A stretch of DNA of 57,123 nucleotides from contig JALGVG010000004.1 in NCBI GenBank assembly GCA_029819875.1, forward strand, positions 1 to 57,123, given 5' to 3'. Origin of the DNA: Candidatus Zipacnadia bacterium. Its GTDB lineage: Bacteria; Armatimonadota; Zipacnadia; Zipacnadales; Zipacnadaceae. Shown here piece after piece: positions 45,697 through 55,949 of the stretch; within the stretch, counting starts at the first letter, position 1, and every line of letters begins with the position of its first letter. The position numbers were made by a program, and so were the translations under genes. A model generated the notes under the pieces. It saw only the letters and a list, made by a program, of their open reading frames with translations, searched no databases and had not been told where the DNA came from.

Positions 45697-46776
45697 CTAA
45701 CGTGAGCGCTCTACGATAAGCCCTATTCCTACCAAGTATAGAATGATATTGGGCAACCAGGCGGCAATAATGGCCGGCATCGCACCATTTTCGCCCATCA
45801 CGCCCAACAAGTAAAAAACGACGTAGTAAAGCAAGATTATGGCCAGTGAAACTCCCAGCCCGATCCCCGTGCTCGTCCGTTGCGGGCGCATCCCCAGCGG
45901 CATGGCGAGCAAGGCAAAGCCCAGGGCACACCAGGGAATGGCGGCGTGGCTGTGATATTGCTGACGCAGCTTGCTCAACATGTGGTCACTGGGGCCTACC
46001 TGTGACTGCAACCTGATCTGCTGGCGTAACTCGGCCATGCTCATGTCGTTTATGCGGCGGTCGTAGCGGGCTGCCTGCTCCGGACTTTTGCCCACATTAT
46101 AGGTGAACTGGCTGATATGAGTGGTCACCCGGCCATCGTTACTGAAGTGGGTGACATTGTGCAGAATCAACTGCTCTCCCTTCCACTGTGCAGAATCGGC
46201 CTTGAACCACTCCCACAGGCTACCGGCTCGCAATTCGATTATCAGCACCGTGTGTAGGGTCAAGCTGCGTGTATCGAACACCGCCGCGTAAACCAGCTTA
46301 TCCGGCGTACCTTCCGGTGGAATCTGGAGGGTATAGTGCTGCTTGACGGCCAGGTCACGCCCCCCCGCTTCCGCCAACAAGCGGCGGGCCGCCTTGTTCG
46401 CCGGGGGAGCGATCGTTTCGTTCAGCACCAACGTCGCCACTGACAGAGCCACTCCCAAGGCCACGACGGGAACCGTAAGCCGCGGAAAGCCGATGCCGCC
46501 GGCGTGCATGGCCACGATTTCTCCGTCACCGCTGAGCCTTCCCATCGCCGTGAGCACGCCGAACAGCGTGCCCATGGGAATGGTCAAGGCTATGGTTTGG
46601 GGTAGTTGGTACACAAATGCCTGCCCCACGATGTGAGCGGGAATCCCCTGCTCGAATATGAGCCGAAAGGCGTTCCCCAGTATATCGACGCTGACGAGGA
46701 TAATGACGAATGCACCAATCCCAAACAGAAGTGGTCCTGATACTTCGGCTAGAATGTAGCGGTCTATTTTACGCAT
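45697..46776 (-). CDS. LptF/LptG family LPS export permease
   Basis: MRKIDRYILAEVSGPLLFGIGAFVIIL opening, 6 TM helices and a central periplasmic beta-jellyroll region. An alternative GTG start at 46824 overlaps the lptB stop (GTGA). Confidence 0.85.
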   Translation of the reverse strand: MRKIDRYILAEVSGPLLFGIGAFVIILVSVDILGNAFRLIFEQGIPAHIVGQAFVYQLPQTIALTIPMGTLFGVLTAMGRLSGDGEIVAMHAGGIGFPRLTVPVVALGVALSVATLVLNETIAPPANKAARRLLAEAGGRDLAVKQHYTLQIPPEGTPDKLVYAAVFDTRSLTLHTVLIIELRAGSLWEWFKADSAQWKGEQLILHNVTHFSNDGRVTTHISQFTYNVGKSPEQAARYDRRINDMSMAELRQQIRLQSQVGPSDHMLSKLRQQYHSHAAIPWCALGFALLAMPLGMRPQRTSTGIGLGVSLAIILLYYVVFYLLGVMGENGAMPAIIAAWLPNIILYLVGIGLIVERSR

Positions 46777-46820
46777 AAGCAACTGGCTTGCTGGCAACCG
46801 GCAGCTTGCGGCGCCGGCAC

Positions 46821-47540
46821 TCACATCTGGAAGCGCTCGCCCAGATAATACTGCCGCGCTATGGGATCGTTGGGCAGTTCATCGGAGCGGCCATGGGTGC
46901 GAATGACGCCTTCGGATATGATATAGGCCCGGTCGGTGATGCTCAAGGTGTCGCGCACATTGTGATCGGTGACCAGTATCCCTATATCCTCGGAGCGCAG
47001 GTCAGTGACGATATCCTTGATATCATCTATGGCAATGGGGTCAACCCCCGTGAAAGGCTCATCGAGCAAGATGAAGGAGGGGGATGTGCACAGCGCTCTG
47101 GCGATCTCCACCCGCCGTCTCTCGCCGCCGGACAGCACCTGCCCCTTGACATCGGCCAGGTGCGCTACTCGCAGCTTCTCCAGCAACTCCATGGCCCGCT
47201 GCTTGCGTTGTGCCGGTGTCAGCGGCTGCATCTCCAGTATCAGCATCAAGTTGTCAAACACGCTCAGCTTGCGGAAAACCGACGGTTCCTGTGCCAGGTA
47301 GCCCAGCCCCTTGCGACATCGCCGGTACATGGGCATCTTCGCCAGGTCCTCGCCGTCAAGCAGTACACGACCTGCTTCGGCCCGCACCAGTCCCAGCACC
47401 ATGTAAAAGGTGGTCGTCTTGCCCGCCCCGTTGGGTCCCAGCAAGCCTACTATCTCCCCGCGCCTCACCTCCAGGCTTACCTCGTTCACTACCCGGCGTC
47501 CCCCGTAGGATTTCACAAGGCCCTCTGCTACTAGTGGCAT
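46821..47540 (-). CDS. lptB: LPS export ABC transporter ATP-binding protein LptB
   Basis: GPNGAGKTT, LSGGERRRVEIARAL, ILLDEP, TDHNVRDTL, YLGERF. Confidence 0.92.
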   Translation of the reverse strand: MPLVAEGLVKSYGGRRVVNEVSLEVRRGEIVGLLGPNGAGKTTTFYMVLGLVRAEAGRVLLDGEDLAKMPMYRRCRKGLGYLAQEPSVFRKLSVFDNLMLILEMQPLTPAQRKQRAMELLEKLRVAHLADVKGQVLSGGERRRVEIARALCTSPSFILLDEPFTGVDPIAIDDIKDIVTDLRSEDIGILVTDHNVRDTLSITDRAYIISEGVIRTHGRSDELPNDPIARQYYLGERFQM

Positions 47541-47558
47541 GATCAGACTAACCTCATC

Positions 47559-48125
47559 CTATTGTCCTTGTTGGGCCTGGCTTGCGGACCCTGTAACCTC
47601 TACATGCACCTGCTTGGCTTTGATGGTGGCGGCCTTCAAGTCAGCCGTTATCTGCTGTCCCGTGAAATGTACCGTCTGAATCCGCTCGGTCGCGCTGGGC
47701 GGCCTCATTGTCATGTCCGCCACCGCCCCGCCGGTCAGCACGATCTGCCGGCTCCTCTCGTCGTAGGTTGCTCCGCTGTTGCTGTGGGCTTCGATGTAGC
47801 GGCGCTGTCCCTTGTCATTCGGCGCGGTCAATATCGTCAACTCGGTCTTGCCTACGGTCTGCAGTTCTTCAATCGCATTGCCCCCGGCGCTTAGCTTGAC
47901 GATCATCTTCGGGGCGCTCAGCGTCGCCTCCGTTGCCCCGACAATCTTGACCTTGCAATTGCCGATAAACTCGAAGACATCACTATCCCAATCGTAAACG
48001 AGGGTATCTGCGCTGATGACGGCTGTTTGCGTGCGCTTCGTCGACTGGGCGACGCCCGCCGTTATGGTCAGCGCTATCGCCATGGCCACAATCGTCACGA
48101 CATAACTGTTTCTAATTTGCACCAT
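47559..48125 (-). CDS. LptA/OstA-like periplasmic protein
   Basis: Signal-anchor MVQIRNSYVVTIVAMAIALTITAGVA. The repetitive beta-strand body recalls OstA_N. Its position between the lptC-like gene and lptB fits. Confidence 0.65.
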   Translation of the reverse strand: MVQIRNSYVVTIVAMAIALTITAGVAQSTKRTQTAVISADTLVYDWDSDVFEFIGNCKVKIVGATEATLSAPKMIVKLSAGGNAIEELQTVGKTELTILTAPNDKGQRRYIEAHSNSGATYDERSRQIVLTGGAVADMTMRPPSATERIQTVHFTGQQITADLKAATIKAKQVHVEVTGSASQAQQGQ

Positions 48126-48141
48126 GATCTGCTCCCTGCAC

Positions 48142-48921
48142 TTAGTTGCGCACCGCGCGTACGCCGCCGCCGAGACGCACTTTTCTTGCGGCGACATCTA
48201 TTTGCCCTGTTGCTCCACTGAACCGGTAGCGCCCCTTTGTCAACCGCGGACTATGCATCAACAGCTTGCCGCTGTCAAATTCGTACACTACCTTTTGGGC
48301 ATTGAATGTCTGCTGGTTATCCACGGTGCGTATCAAGACACCTTGCGTGAATTCCAGGCGCCGCTGCCCATAGTTTCCGGCAAACTCGGGCGCCTCTATC
48401 ACTATGGCGGGCTGCCCCCGATACTCGTACTCCCAGCGCACGTCCCTGGCCTTCACCACCCGCGAAAGCTGGTCGTACTCCACCGCGCCGGCTGCCTTCA
48501 ATCGCCACAGCATATTCCCTTCGGCATCCTTTTCGACTATCTCAATCCCTTTGGCTTCACCGTGCGTGGGAGACTTGGCTTGCGAGGCGCCCACATGCCC
48601 TTGTTGTGTGTGAGCACGCGCGGCTGCCTCCTCCGCCTGCTGCCGCCGTAGCCGACTGATGGCCACGATGCTGGTTACCACCGCAGCCAGCACCGCTGCT
48701 GCGATAATTATGGCACCTATTCTGCGCACCGTTTTCCCGTCCTGCCCTCGAAAATGATGTTCCCACGCCCTCCTACCTGCCAGTCCTCTGCTCGGGGCAT
48801 CCCGGCGTGCGTCAATCAGAAATGGAGACTTCGGCCGGATATTTCCTGCGTTGCTGCGTTTCCGTGGTCGCCGGCCGACCAAGACGCAGGCACCCCCAAC
48901 AGCCGCCCCTCCCCACGCCAT
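48142..48921 (-). CDS. LptC-like membrane-anchored protein (start uncertain; GTG 48729 plausible)
   Basis: TM anchor RRIGAIIIAAAVLAAVVTSIVAI followed by a ~190-aa beta-rich domain. The first 64 codons are low-complexity Arg/Gly/Ala and may not be translated. Confidence 0.5.
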   Translation of the reverse strand: MAWGGAAVGGACVLVGRRPRKRSNAGNIRPKSPFLIDARRDAPSRGLAGRRAWEHHFRGQDGKTVRRIGAIIIAAAVLAAVVTSIVAISRLRRQQAEEAAARAHTQQGHVGASQAKSPTHGEAKGIEIVEKDAEGNMLWRLKAAGAVEYDQLSRVVKARDVRWEYEYRGQPAIVIEAPEFAGNYGQRRLEFTQGVLIRTVDNQQTFNAQKVVYEFDSGKLLMHSPRLTKGRYRFSGATGQIDVAARKVRLGGGVRAVRN

Positions 48922-49156
48922 ATTGAAACAGGTCGAGGTCGCATGACAACAGCCTGCCGGTCATGTTCGGGCGGCATCATGGACTGGCCTGTAGGTTCCT
49001 CTCCTCCAACGTTGTACCCTCTTTGACACCGCCGCCCCGGCGGATGTTCCGTCCTTATGGTCGGCTACGCTCCCGTAATCCCAACCTCTCGCCTTACACC
49101 TTTGCAACCAGCAGCTTACACCAACTCCCCCGGTTCACACATCGGTGGCTTGCCCG

Positions 49157-50566
49157 CTAAAACGGCGGCAGCGGCTGAAAGCTCAACACCTGCATGGCTT
49201 TCAACGCCCACAGGCTCATGAATCCTACCGCGCCGACGGCCAGCCATACCGGCAGCGCCCGCCACGAGCCCGCAGCCAGCCCCGACATCCCGGCCACGAA
49301 AACAACTGCCAATACCGCGTTGGCCGTAAACAAGTAGCGGGCTTGGGCCTGGAAAAAGCTCATATTGAACAGTGCAAACATCACCAGCACCACGATCAGC
49401 ATGCAACCGAACACCAGCCAGATTCTGCAAGCCTGCTGTTCAGCCCGCCGCCTGCGCAATCCGCGCACTATGCCTGCTCCCAGCCCCACGATCAGTGCCA
49501 CTGTCAGGATGTACCCGAGGCAGTAGTATCCCGCCGGCATGAACGCGCTGACCTGCCCGAATACGCCCCAAAAGCTCAGAAATGTTATTCCCAGGACGAA
49601 TTCGGCGTACATCAGCGGCGTGAACCCCAGTTGCGGGTTGCTGTAAAAATACTCCGGCGTGGCCCGGTCCTGGCTGAAAGCCTGCTTGAATGCTGCCGTC
49701 GCCAGCGGGTCGCCGTAAAGCAGCACATTGCGGGCCGCCCACCATCCCCACAAGGCGATGACAATTGCCGCCACAACCGTGACATTGACCAATGCGCGCC
49801 GCCAGCTTATCCCCTTCCGTGTCCACGCTCCCAGCAGGATAGCCACCAGTGCAGTGGGAAGCAACGCAAGGCACGTGCTCTTGGACAGTAGCCCCAGCCC
49901 GATTGCCACTCCCAGCCACGCCGAGCGGCGGGTCGTGAAGCCCTTCCGCAACCCGCCGGCCATGATGACAAGGGAAATCACACTGAACAACTCGCTGGCT
50001 ACGTCGTTGCTGACGCTGGCACAAATAAAGGTGCGCGAGGGCAACGCCGCCAAAAACGCCGGCACCGCAACCTGCAAGGGCCACGAATCGGGGAACACAA
50101 GCCTGCCCAGGTAGTAAGCAAACACAAGGGAGGCCAGCCCCCACAGCACGCTCCACATGCGCAACAGTGTGTAGTCCCATACGCCCGGCTGCCCCTCACC
50201 CTCCGAGGAGATGGCGCGCGCCGCCAAGTAAACCGGCACCGCGGACAAATAGTACAGCGGTGGCTGATGGGCCTCGTAGTTGCGCTTGCCCGAGGTGAGG
50301 CGGGGCAGCATGCCGGTGGTGGTCAGTTCCTGCAGGTATGCTACGTGGGCTGCCTCGTCCGGGGGCGTGTACTGGGCCAACGTCGGCGTCCTCACGTCCC
50401 AGGGCATTGTCAATGCCATCACCGTGGCCGTGACGACATAAAAAACTAACACCCCACCCAGTACAAGCCGGCGGTTGTGCCTGTTGTCGCCGAACCGCCG
50501 GCACTTTACCGTGCTTTCCGGCTGCTGCATGGAGCTGTTTGTCGGCTTGTCAGCTATCAGCCTCAC
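49157..50566 (-). CDS. GT-C fold glycosyltransferase, family 39/83 (ArnT/PMT-like)
   Basis: Polytopic membrane protein whose first loop carries YTPPDEAAHVAYL (DE motif), with the ArnT/PMT_2-like layout. Confidence 0.75.
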   Translation of the reverse strand: MRLIADKPTNSSMQQPESTVKCRRFGDNRHNRRLVLGGVLVFYVVTATVMALTMPWDVRTPTLAQYTPPDEAAHVAYLQELTTTGMLPRLTSGKRNYEAHQPPLYYLSAVPVYLAARAISSEGEGQPGVWDYTLLRMWSVLWGLASLVFAYYLGRLVFPDSWPLQVAVPAFLAALPSRTFICASVSNDVASELFSVISLVIMAGGLRKGFTTRRSAWLGVAIGLGLLSKSTCLALLPTALVAILLGAWTRKGISWRRALVNVTVVAAIVIALWGWWAARNVLLYGDPLATAAFKQAFSQDRATPEYFYSNPQLGFTPLMYAEFVLGITFLSFWGVFGQVSAFMPAGYYCLGYILTVALIVGLGAGIVRGLRRRRAEQQACRIWLVFGCMLIVVLVMFALFNMSFFQAQARYLFTANAVLAVVFVAGMSGLAAGSWRALPVWLAVGAVGFMSLWALKAMQVLSFQPLPPF

Positions 50567-50569
50567 GCC

Positions 50570-52534
50570 TTAGCCTTTGCTACCCTCCTGCCGCGGGGCA
50601 GCGATGCGAAACAGCTTGTAGTATGGGTGCCGCACAAAGTGCCCCATTGGTTCCAGCAAGCCCTCGTCCACGGCGTGGCGCAGGAGCGTGGGCAGTTTCT
50701 CCCGGCTGGTCGTCAGCCTGGGGAAAAAACACTCGTTTATCAACACGTGTGTGACGCCGAGCCGCCGATACGCATCTATCAACTGCCGAGGCGTTTCTAT
50801 TTCTTTGTACGGTATCAACTGGTGATGGCCCGGGTCACCCCACATTGCATTACGGTTGAAATAGAATATGCGCGGCTCCCCGTAGGTTAAGATCTTGGCA
50901 TCCTGCGGCAGATATTTGCTGATATAAAGGCTTGGTTCGTAGACATCCAGTTGTTCGAGCAACAACTCGTCACGCCCGCCGGCTCGCAGATGCGCAGCCA
51001 ATGCCGTGCCGCCCGAATACAAGGTTCCCCACATCCGAAAACCTATGGCACACACCATCAATGCTATCGCCGCTGTGCGCAGCAGTCGGTGGGCACCAAG
51101 ACATCGCTGGTACGCATAAGCAACAACAGGTGTAAGCATTACCAGCGTCGGCAACAGGTAGCGGGTCAACTGCATGGAATACAGCCACCATATCCACAGC
51201 GGTAACACCAGCCACAGCAATATTGCAACACCGCGCGGTTTCGGCCACAAGCCGAGGGCTACGAATACGAAACCCAGGTACAACGGCCCTATACCTTGCC
51301 CTGCAACGGCGATTACCCGGGGCATGGAGGCAACCACGAATTCCCACGGGTATATGGTCAGATAAACCGGCGCAAGCAGCAGGCGGTCCGGCCGCCGCGG
51401 GCCGCAGAATATGCGTGCAACAGGGTTCATGCGCGCCAGCTCAGCCTCCGAAGGAAGCTCACCAACCCCAAATTCCCGTTGGCTGCGGCTGTAAGCCAGC
51501 GCTTGCTGCGCTGACCACCCCTTGCCATCGAAAATGCTGTATGCAAACGGGTAGACAGGATTGCCGGTAAGCACCCAGCTCTTTATGTACCACGGCGAGG
51601 CCACGGCCGCTCCCACCAGTACGAAAGCCGCTGCCTGCCGCCACAAGCGGGCGGTGCTTCTGCGCCGCCAACATAGATACAGGGCCCCCAAGGCCAGAAC
51701 CCCGAAGTAAGAAATGCCCTGCATCTTCACTGCCATCGCCGCTCCGGCCATCACCGCTGCCAGCACCAGGTCACCGTATCGCCCCGAGCGCCGCCAGTTA
51801 AGGAACATGTGGACGGCCAACAGCACATACGCGCATAGCCCTAGGTCAACATACGTGGCCTTGCTCAGCCACCCGAACAGCGGCGTTCCCACCAGCACCA
51901 GCGGCGCCCACTTTGCGGCGGCCCTGCTTACGTGGCGCCGCGTCAGCACATAAGCCGCCGCCAGCACCAGCAACCCGTAGATGAAGTGGACTACCTTCGG
52001 CGCTGCCGGCCCCCCGAACGCAAGCGCCGGAACGTACAGCATCTGCAGTGTGAGGGGGAACTGCGAATGATGGTCATACCACAGCGGCCGGACGGCTCCC
52101 ATGCGCAGGAACGTGGCCGCATACACCAGGTGTTCAGCTAAGCCGTCGTAGTCGTTACCTAGGGGCCATACCGTGACTGGGGGTAAAGATGCCACAAACC
52201 ATATCCCGAGGATAGCCAACGCCGCCCCGGCCCGCCACCACCGCGCACTACGCGCCAGGCGCAGCAGGTAGCCGGCCGCCGTCCTTGCCAGCCATGGCAG
52301 ACGCGCGGCGCCCACCGCCGCCACCAGCACCCACAGCAACGCCAGCACCGGCCTCGTCAACCACCCCATCAGCCCCACCGCAAGAATCAAGTAAGCCAAC
52401 ACCAGCCCGCCTATGCCCATCCCCAGCATCACGCGCTCGGCATCCGAAAGCCACGACACACGCAGCCGGCGCAGTAGTTCCACGCCCAGGCTCGTGGCAG
52501 CCAATACTATCAAGAACGCAGCGATTGCGGGCAT
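50570..52534 (-). CDS. second GT-C-like polytopic membrane glycosyltransferase with C-terminal soluble domain
   Basis: More than 10 predicted TM helices, an early loop NDYDGLAEHL, and a ~170-aa hydrophilic C-terminus. It starts 3 nt after... it ends 3 nt before the downstream GT39-like gene start. Confidence 0.6.
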   Translation of the reverse strand: MPAIAAFLIVLAATSLGVELLRRLRVSWLSDAERVMLGMGIGGLVLAYLILAVGLMGWLTRPVLALLWVLVAAVGAARLPWLARTAAGYLLRLARSARWWRAGAALAILGIWFVASLPPVTVWPLGNDYDGLAEHLVYAATFLRMGAVRPLWYDHHSQFPLTLQMLYVPALAFGGPAAPKVVHFIYGLLVLAAAYVLTRRHVSRAAAKWAPLVLVGTPLFGWLSKATYVDLGLCAYVLLAVHMFLNWRRSGRYGDLVLAAVMAGAAMAVKMQGISYFGVLALGALYLCWRRRSTARLWRQAAAFVLVGAAVASPWYIKSWVLTGNPVYPFAYSIFDGKGWSAQQALAYSRSQREFGVGELPSEAELARMNPVARIFCGPRRPDRLLLAPVYLTIYPWEFVVASMPRVIAVAGQGIGPLYLGFVFVALGLWPKPRGVAILLWLVLPLWIWWLYSMQLTRYLLPTLVMLTPVVAYAYQRCLGAHRLLRTAAIALMVCAIGFRMWGTLYSGGTALAAHLRAGGRDELLLEQLDVYEPSLYISKYLPQDAKILTYGEPRIFYFNRNAMWGDPGHHQLIPYKEIETPRQLIDAYRRLGVTHVLINECFFPRLTTSREKLPTLLRHAVDEGLLEPMGHFVRHPYYKLFRIAAPRQEGSKG

Positions 52535-52666
52535 CGCGTCACTTCACCGATCAGTACACGAATATGTGCACCACGAGATTGATAAAGGCAATCGTCACGC
52601 CGCTCAGCCACAGGGTCATCAACACCGTGACCAGATTCAGTTCCCGTTCGGGGGGCTGCTGAGGTC

Positions 52667-53773
52667 TCAACGTGTCACCTCCTGCGGCCCGCACAGTTTT
52701 ACAACCAACAATTCCAATGTCGTGCGCATATCGAGTTGTTCCTCCGTTTGCCCTTTGAGCGCGCGATCCGTTTCGTATATGCTCACCAGCGCCCTCGCCA
52801 GTTGAGTGTGAGTGAACTTGCGGGCCTGGGAGCGATATTTTCTGTCCAGAAAGTCATGCCTCTTGATGGCATCATAGTAATTGTGCTGCCGCGGCAGGCA
52901 TTCTGCAATCCGTTGGCTTGTAGCTCCCTGGCCGCGGCCAGCGCTTCCGCTGGCTTTGCGGGCATCCGGCACCACCCGCGCCTGCCAGATAAGTCGGAAC
53001 TGCCGGGCAATCATACCGAGCAAGGGCAACGCATCTTGTAGCCCTACCCTCGGAGGCAGCAGGCTGTTGAGGATGGAAAGGGCCTTGCCTGCCTGGCGCT
53101 GGCCGATGGCGTCAACCAGGTCAAATATGCTGCTTTCCGCCGTTGTGCACACCACCGCCTCTATGTCGGCCGCCGTCGCCTCTCCCCTGTCGCCAACGTA
53201 GATGGCGAGCTTCTCTATCTCTGAGGCTAGCGTGTCGAGGTCCGTACCTGCACGCGCCACAAGCTCCTCAGCAACCCGGTTGCTCAGCACCAGGCCTTGG
53301 CGCTTGGCTTCCTCTCTTACCCACCACACCAGGCGGTCGCCCTGCGGAGCCGCAAGTCGGTGTGCCTGTCCCAGCTTCCTTATAACCTTGCGCAACGCCG
53401 CCTCGACCGGCGGCGTGCGGCCCTTGCCCTCCCCAGCGGTCAAGACCACCGTAACGCCGGCTCCCAGCCTTGTCAGCGCCTCGGCCAGTTGCTCCTGTTC
53501 CTCCGCATCCAGCTTGTCAACATCTTTGAGCACCACGACGCGCTGGAGCGCCATCAGCGAAAACGACGACAATTCCTCGATCATCCGCCCCACGTCATCC
53601 TCCGCCGCCCTCAACGTCGTCACGGCGTACTCATCGTCACTGCCCACCTGCTGGGCGATGATGGCATGGATCGCACGGTCGATAAGGCGCTGCGCCGCGC
53701 CATACAGCAGCACGATCGGTCGCGAAGGATCGATTGTCAGGCTTGCCGAAGTGTTGGATGCAGTAGCCATCGC
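52667..53773 (-). CDS. holA: DNA polymerase III delta subunit
   Basis: PIVLLYGAAQRLIDRA..., LSSFSLMALQRVVVLKD, and a C-terminal helical domain with typical holA length and blocks. Confidence 0.8.
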   Translation of the reverse strand, partial: AMATASNTSASLTIDPSRPIVLLYGAAQRLIDRAIHAIIAQQVGSDDEYAVTTLRAAEDDVGRMIEELSSFSLMALQRVVVLKDVDKLDAEEQEQLAEALTRLGAGVTVVLTAGEGKGRTPPVEAALRKVIRKLGQAHRLAAPQGDRLVWWVREEAKRQGLVLSNRVAEELVARAGTDLDTLASEIEKLAIYVGDRGEATAADIEAVVCTTAESSIFDLVDAIGQRQAGKALSILNSLLPPRVGLQDALPLLGMIARQFRLIWQARVVPDARKASGSAGRGQGATSQRIAECLPRQHNYYDAIKRHDFLDRKYRSQARKFTHTQLARALVSIYETDRALKGQTEEQLDMRTTLELLVVKLCGPQEVTR

Positions 53774-53831
53774 CCATCTACCTCTGTGGAGCTGCAATCA
53801 CCGAATGCGAGAGCAAGTGTTGGCGGTAAAT

Positions 53832-55949
53832 TCAACTCTTGAGGTGCCTTAACCTGCGCCGCAGGTGCCGCAACCGCCGGCAGAGGTCGTTCAACTCCGC
53901 CGCCGACGGTGTTCGGGGGGCATAGCGGAGGCGGTAAAGGTCATCGAATGCCGCGGCCACGTCGTCCAGCCCAGCGTGGCGCGGAGCAGCCTGCCGCGCG
54001 CTTTCCAGCACCTCCCAAGGTGTCAGTGTCGCCAGCCGCTGCGGGCCCCTTACGCGGCCCGAGGGCGCAAATCTGGCCAACGCACCTTTTATGGCCGCCT
54101 GTTCACGGGCGACTTTCTGCCACGGTCCCGACAGGCGCCTTGTGGCCCGAACCACCTGCCACAACGTCCGTAGATCAACCAGGTTGCCGAGCACCAGGTA
54201 GAAGACCAGTATGCCGCCCCCAGCTATCAGCATCCAGCGCAGGAGAATGCTCAGGGCCAGGGCGATCTGGCCATAGCTGAGCAACTCCAATAAACCCTGG
54301 CTCTCCACGTCACCGGCTGCGTGGGGATCATACGGCACCCACCCATACCCCGGAAAATAGACCTCGATCCAGGCATGAGCATCGGTTCCCCGCACGATAA
54401 AGGCCTCTTCATCCGGATCCCACGTGCCCTCGCTGAAACCAGTGGCCAGCCGTGCGGGCACTCCCGCCAGCCGACACATCAGGGCCGCGGCACTGGCAAA
54501 CAGGTCGCAAGCCCCGCGCTTGCTGTTCCTGACAAAGTACACCACCGGGTCACGACCCGGCGGCGTGGGCGGCGGTGACAGAGTATACAGGCAGTTTCTC
54601 TCCAGGTACCGCAAGATCGCTTGCACCTTGTCATACGGGGTCAAGCAATCCGCCGTTATCTGGTCAACCAGCCCCTTGAGTCCGACCTCCACTTCCAGGG
54701 GGTACTGGGTGATATACGGCTCTACGATTTGCGGCGGATAGTTATCGCCGGCGGCCCGCAATTGCTGCGCGGTAAAGTTCGGTACTACTGAAACCACCTC
54801 GTAACTGCTGCCCGGCATCATGATAGGCATCGACTGCAGGCCGCCGTAGACATCTTGCTGCACGCTGATCCGGCGGATCGGGCCCAGCGGAGACAGTGCC
54901 GTGATGCGTATCGCCACCGGCTGGGCTGCCGCAAAGATTCCTCGCGTCGTAACGTTACACAGCGTGAAGGTCTGCCGTAGGCGCTTGCCCTTGTACCGGG
55001 CCCATTGAGGAGCATAATACGTTGCCACGCGTGCGGTTCCGTCGGCTGCGCGCAACCACGGGTACTGGGCATCCGTGGTCCGCCGCCAGCCGTTGCCCGT
55101 GTACCTGTCATACACGCGGCCCCGCCACAGTGCCGGCCTGTCGGACCTCACTTTCAGCATCACCATGTCGCTGAGTCGCACCCGGCCGCGGGCGAGGCGT
55201 ATTTCGTCCGTGAACATGAAAGTACCCTGGAAGATCGCTCCAGTCCAGTTCCAGCTTCGGTACAGCAGCCTCCATTGCTCCCACAAGTTGGGCGTGAGGT
55301 TGTACAGCAGCTTGCCGACGCCCGTGGAAGCAATCAACACGACAATTACCAGCAGCGCCGTGGCCGACAACTGCGCCCTGCTCAGCCGCAGCAACGCAGA
55401 CGGCTGCTTGCCGGTCGAGGGCGCCGCCACCCGCACATCCAGCATTCGGTCGTAACCCCAGGCATAGGCCATGGCGAACAAGTAGACAATGAACGCGACC
55501 ATGAAATCTGCACTGAGGTTGAGCGTCCCCATCAACCCGAATATGGCAAGTCCCGTCACCACCGGTAGGAACAGGCAATCGCGACGACTTTGCAGCAGCG
55601 CCCACGCCACCAGCAGCCAGCCGAACAGGGCGGCGACGGTGCTTTCGTGCATGCCCACGATCTCCTCGGGATAAAGCAGCACGATCATCGGCGCCCGCAC
55701 GTAGCTCATCCCGCAGATGACCACGGCCGCCACCGCCACCAGCCCGGCGAGCATGAAGTTGTCGCGCTTGCGGACCACGGCCCGGTAGCTGAGCAAGAAA
55801 CCGATCGCAATGGCCACGTGGAGAGTTACCTCGTAGGCCGGCTCGTTCGTGGTCAGCGTGATCGCCGCTGCTGCTGCCTCCGACAGTACCAGCTCCGCGA
55901 CAAGCAGCGGTGCCATCCGCCGCCCCGGGGCCTCGTCAGGAGACTGCAT
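53832..55949 (-). CDS. transglutaminase-domain membrane protein (TgpA-like)
   Basis: N-terminal multi-TM region. Core block KRGACDLFASAAALMCRLAGVPARLATGF...GTDAHAWIEVYFPGYGWVPYDP (Cys-His-Asp). A C-terminal TM and a DUF4129-like tail follow. Confidence 0.85.
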   Translation of the reverse strand: MQSPDEAPGRRMAPLLVAELVLSEAAAAAITLTTNEPAYEVTLHVAIAIGFLLSYRAVVRKRDNFMLAGLVAVAAVVICGMSYVRAPMIVLLYPEEIVGMHESTVAALFGWLLVAWALLQSRRDCLFLPVVTGLAIFGLMGTLNLSADFMVAFIVYLFAMAYAWGYDRMLDVRVAAPSTGKQPSALLRLSRAQLSATALLVIVVLIASTGVGKLLYNLTPNLWEQWRLLYRSWNWTGAIFQGTFMFTDEIRLARGRVRLSDMVMLKVRSDRPALWRGRVYDRYTGNGWRRTTDAQYPWLRAADGTARVATYYAPQWARYKGKRLRQTFTLCNVTTRGIFAAAQPVAIRITALSPLGPIRRISVQQDVYGGLQSMPIMMPGSSYEVVSVVPNFTAQQLRAAGDNYPPQIVEPYITQYPLEVEVGLKGLVDQITADCLTPYDKVQAILRYLERNCLYTLSPPPTPPGRDPVVYFVRNSKRGACDLFASAAALMCRLAGVPARLATGFSEGTWDPDEEAFIVRGTDAHAWIEVYFPGYGWVPYDPHAAGDVESQGLLELLSYGQIALALSILLRWMLIAGGGILVFYLVLGNLVDLRTLWQVVRATRRLSGPWQKVAREQAAIKGALARFAPSGRVRGPQRLATLTPWEVLESARQAAPRHAGLDDVAAAFDDLYRLRYAPRTPSAAELNDLCRRLRHLRRRLRHLKS

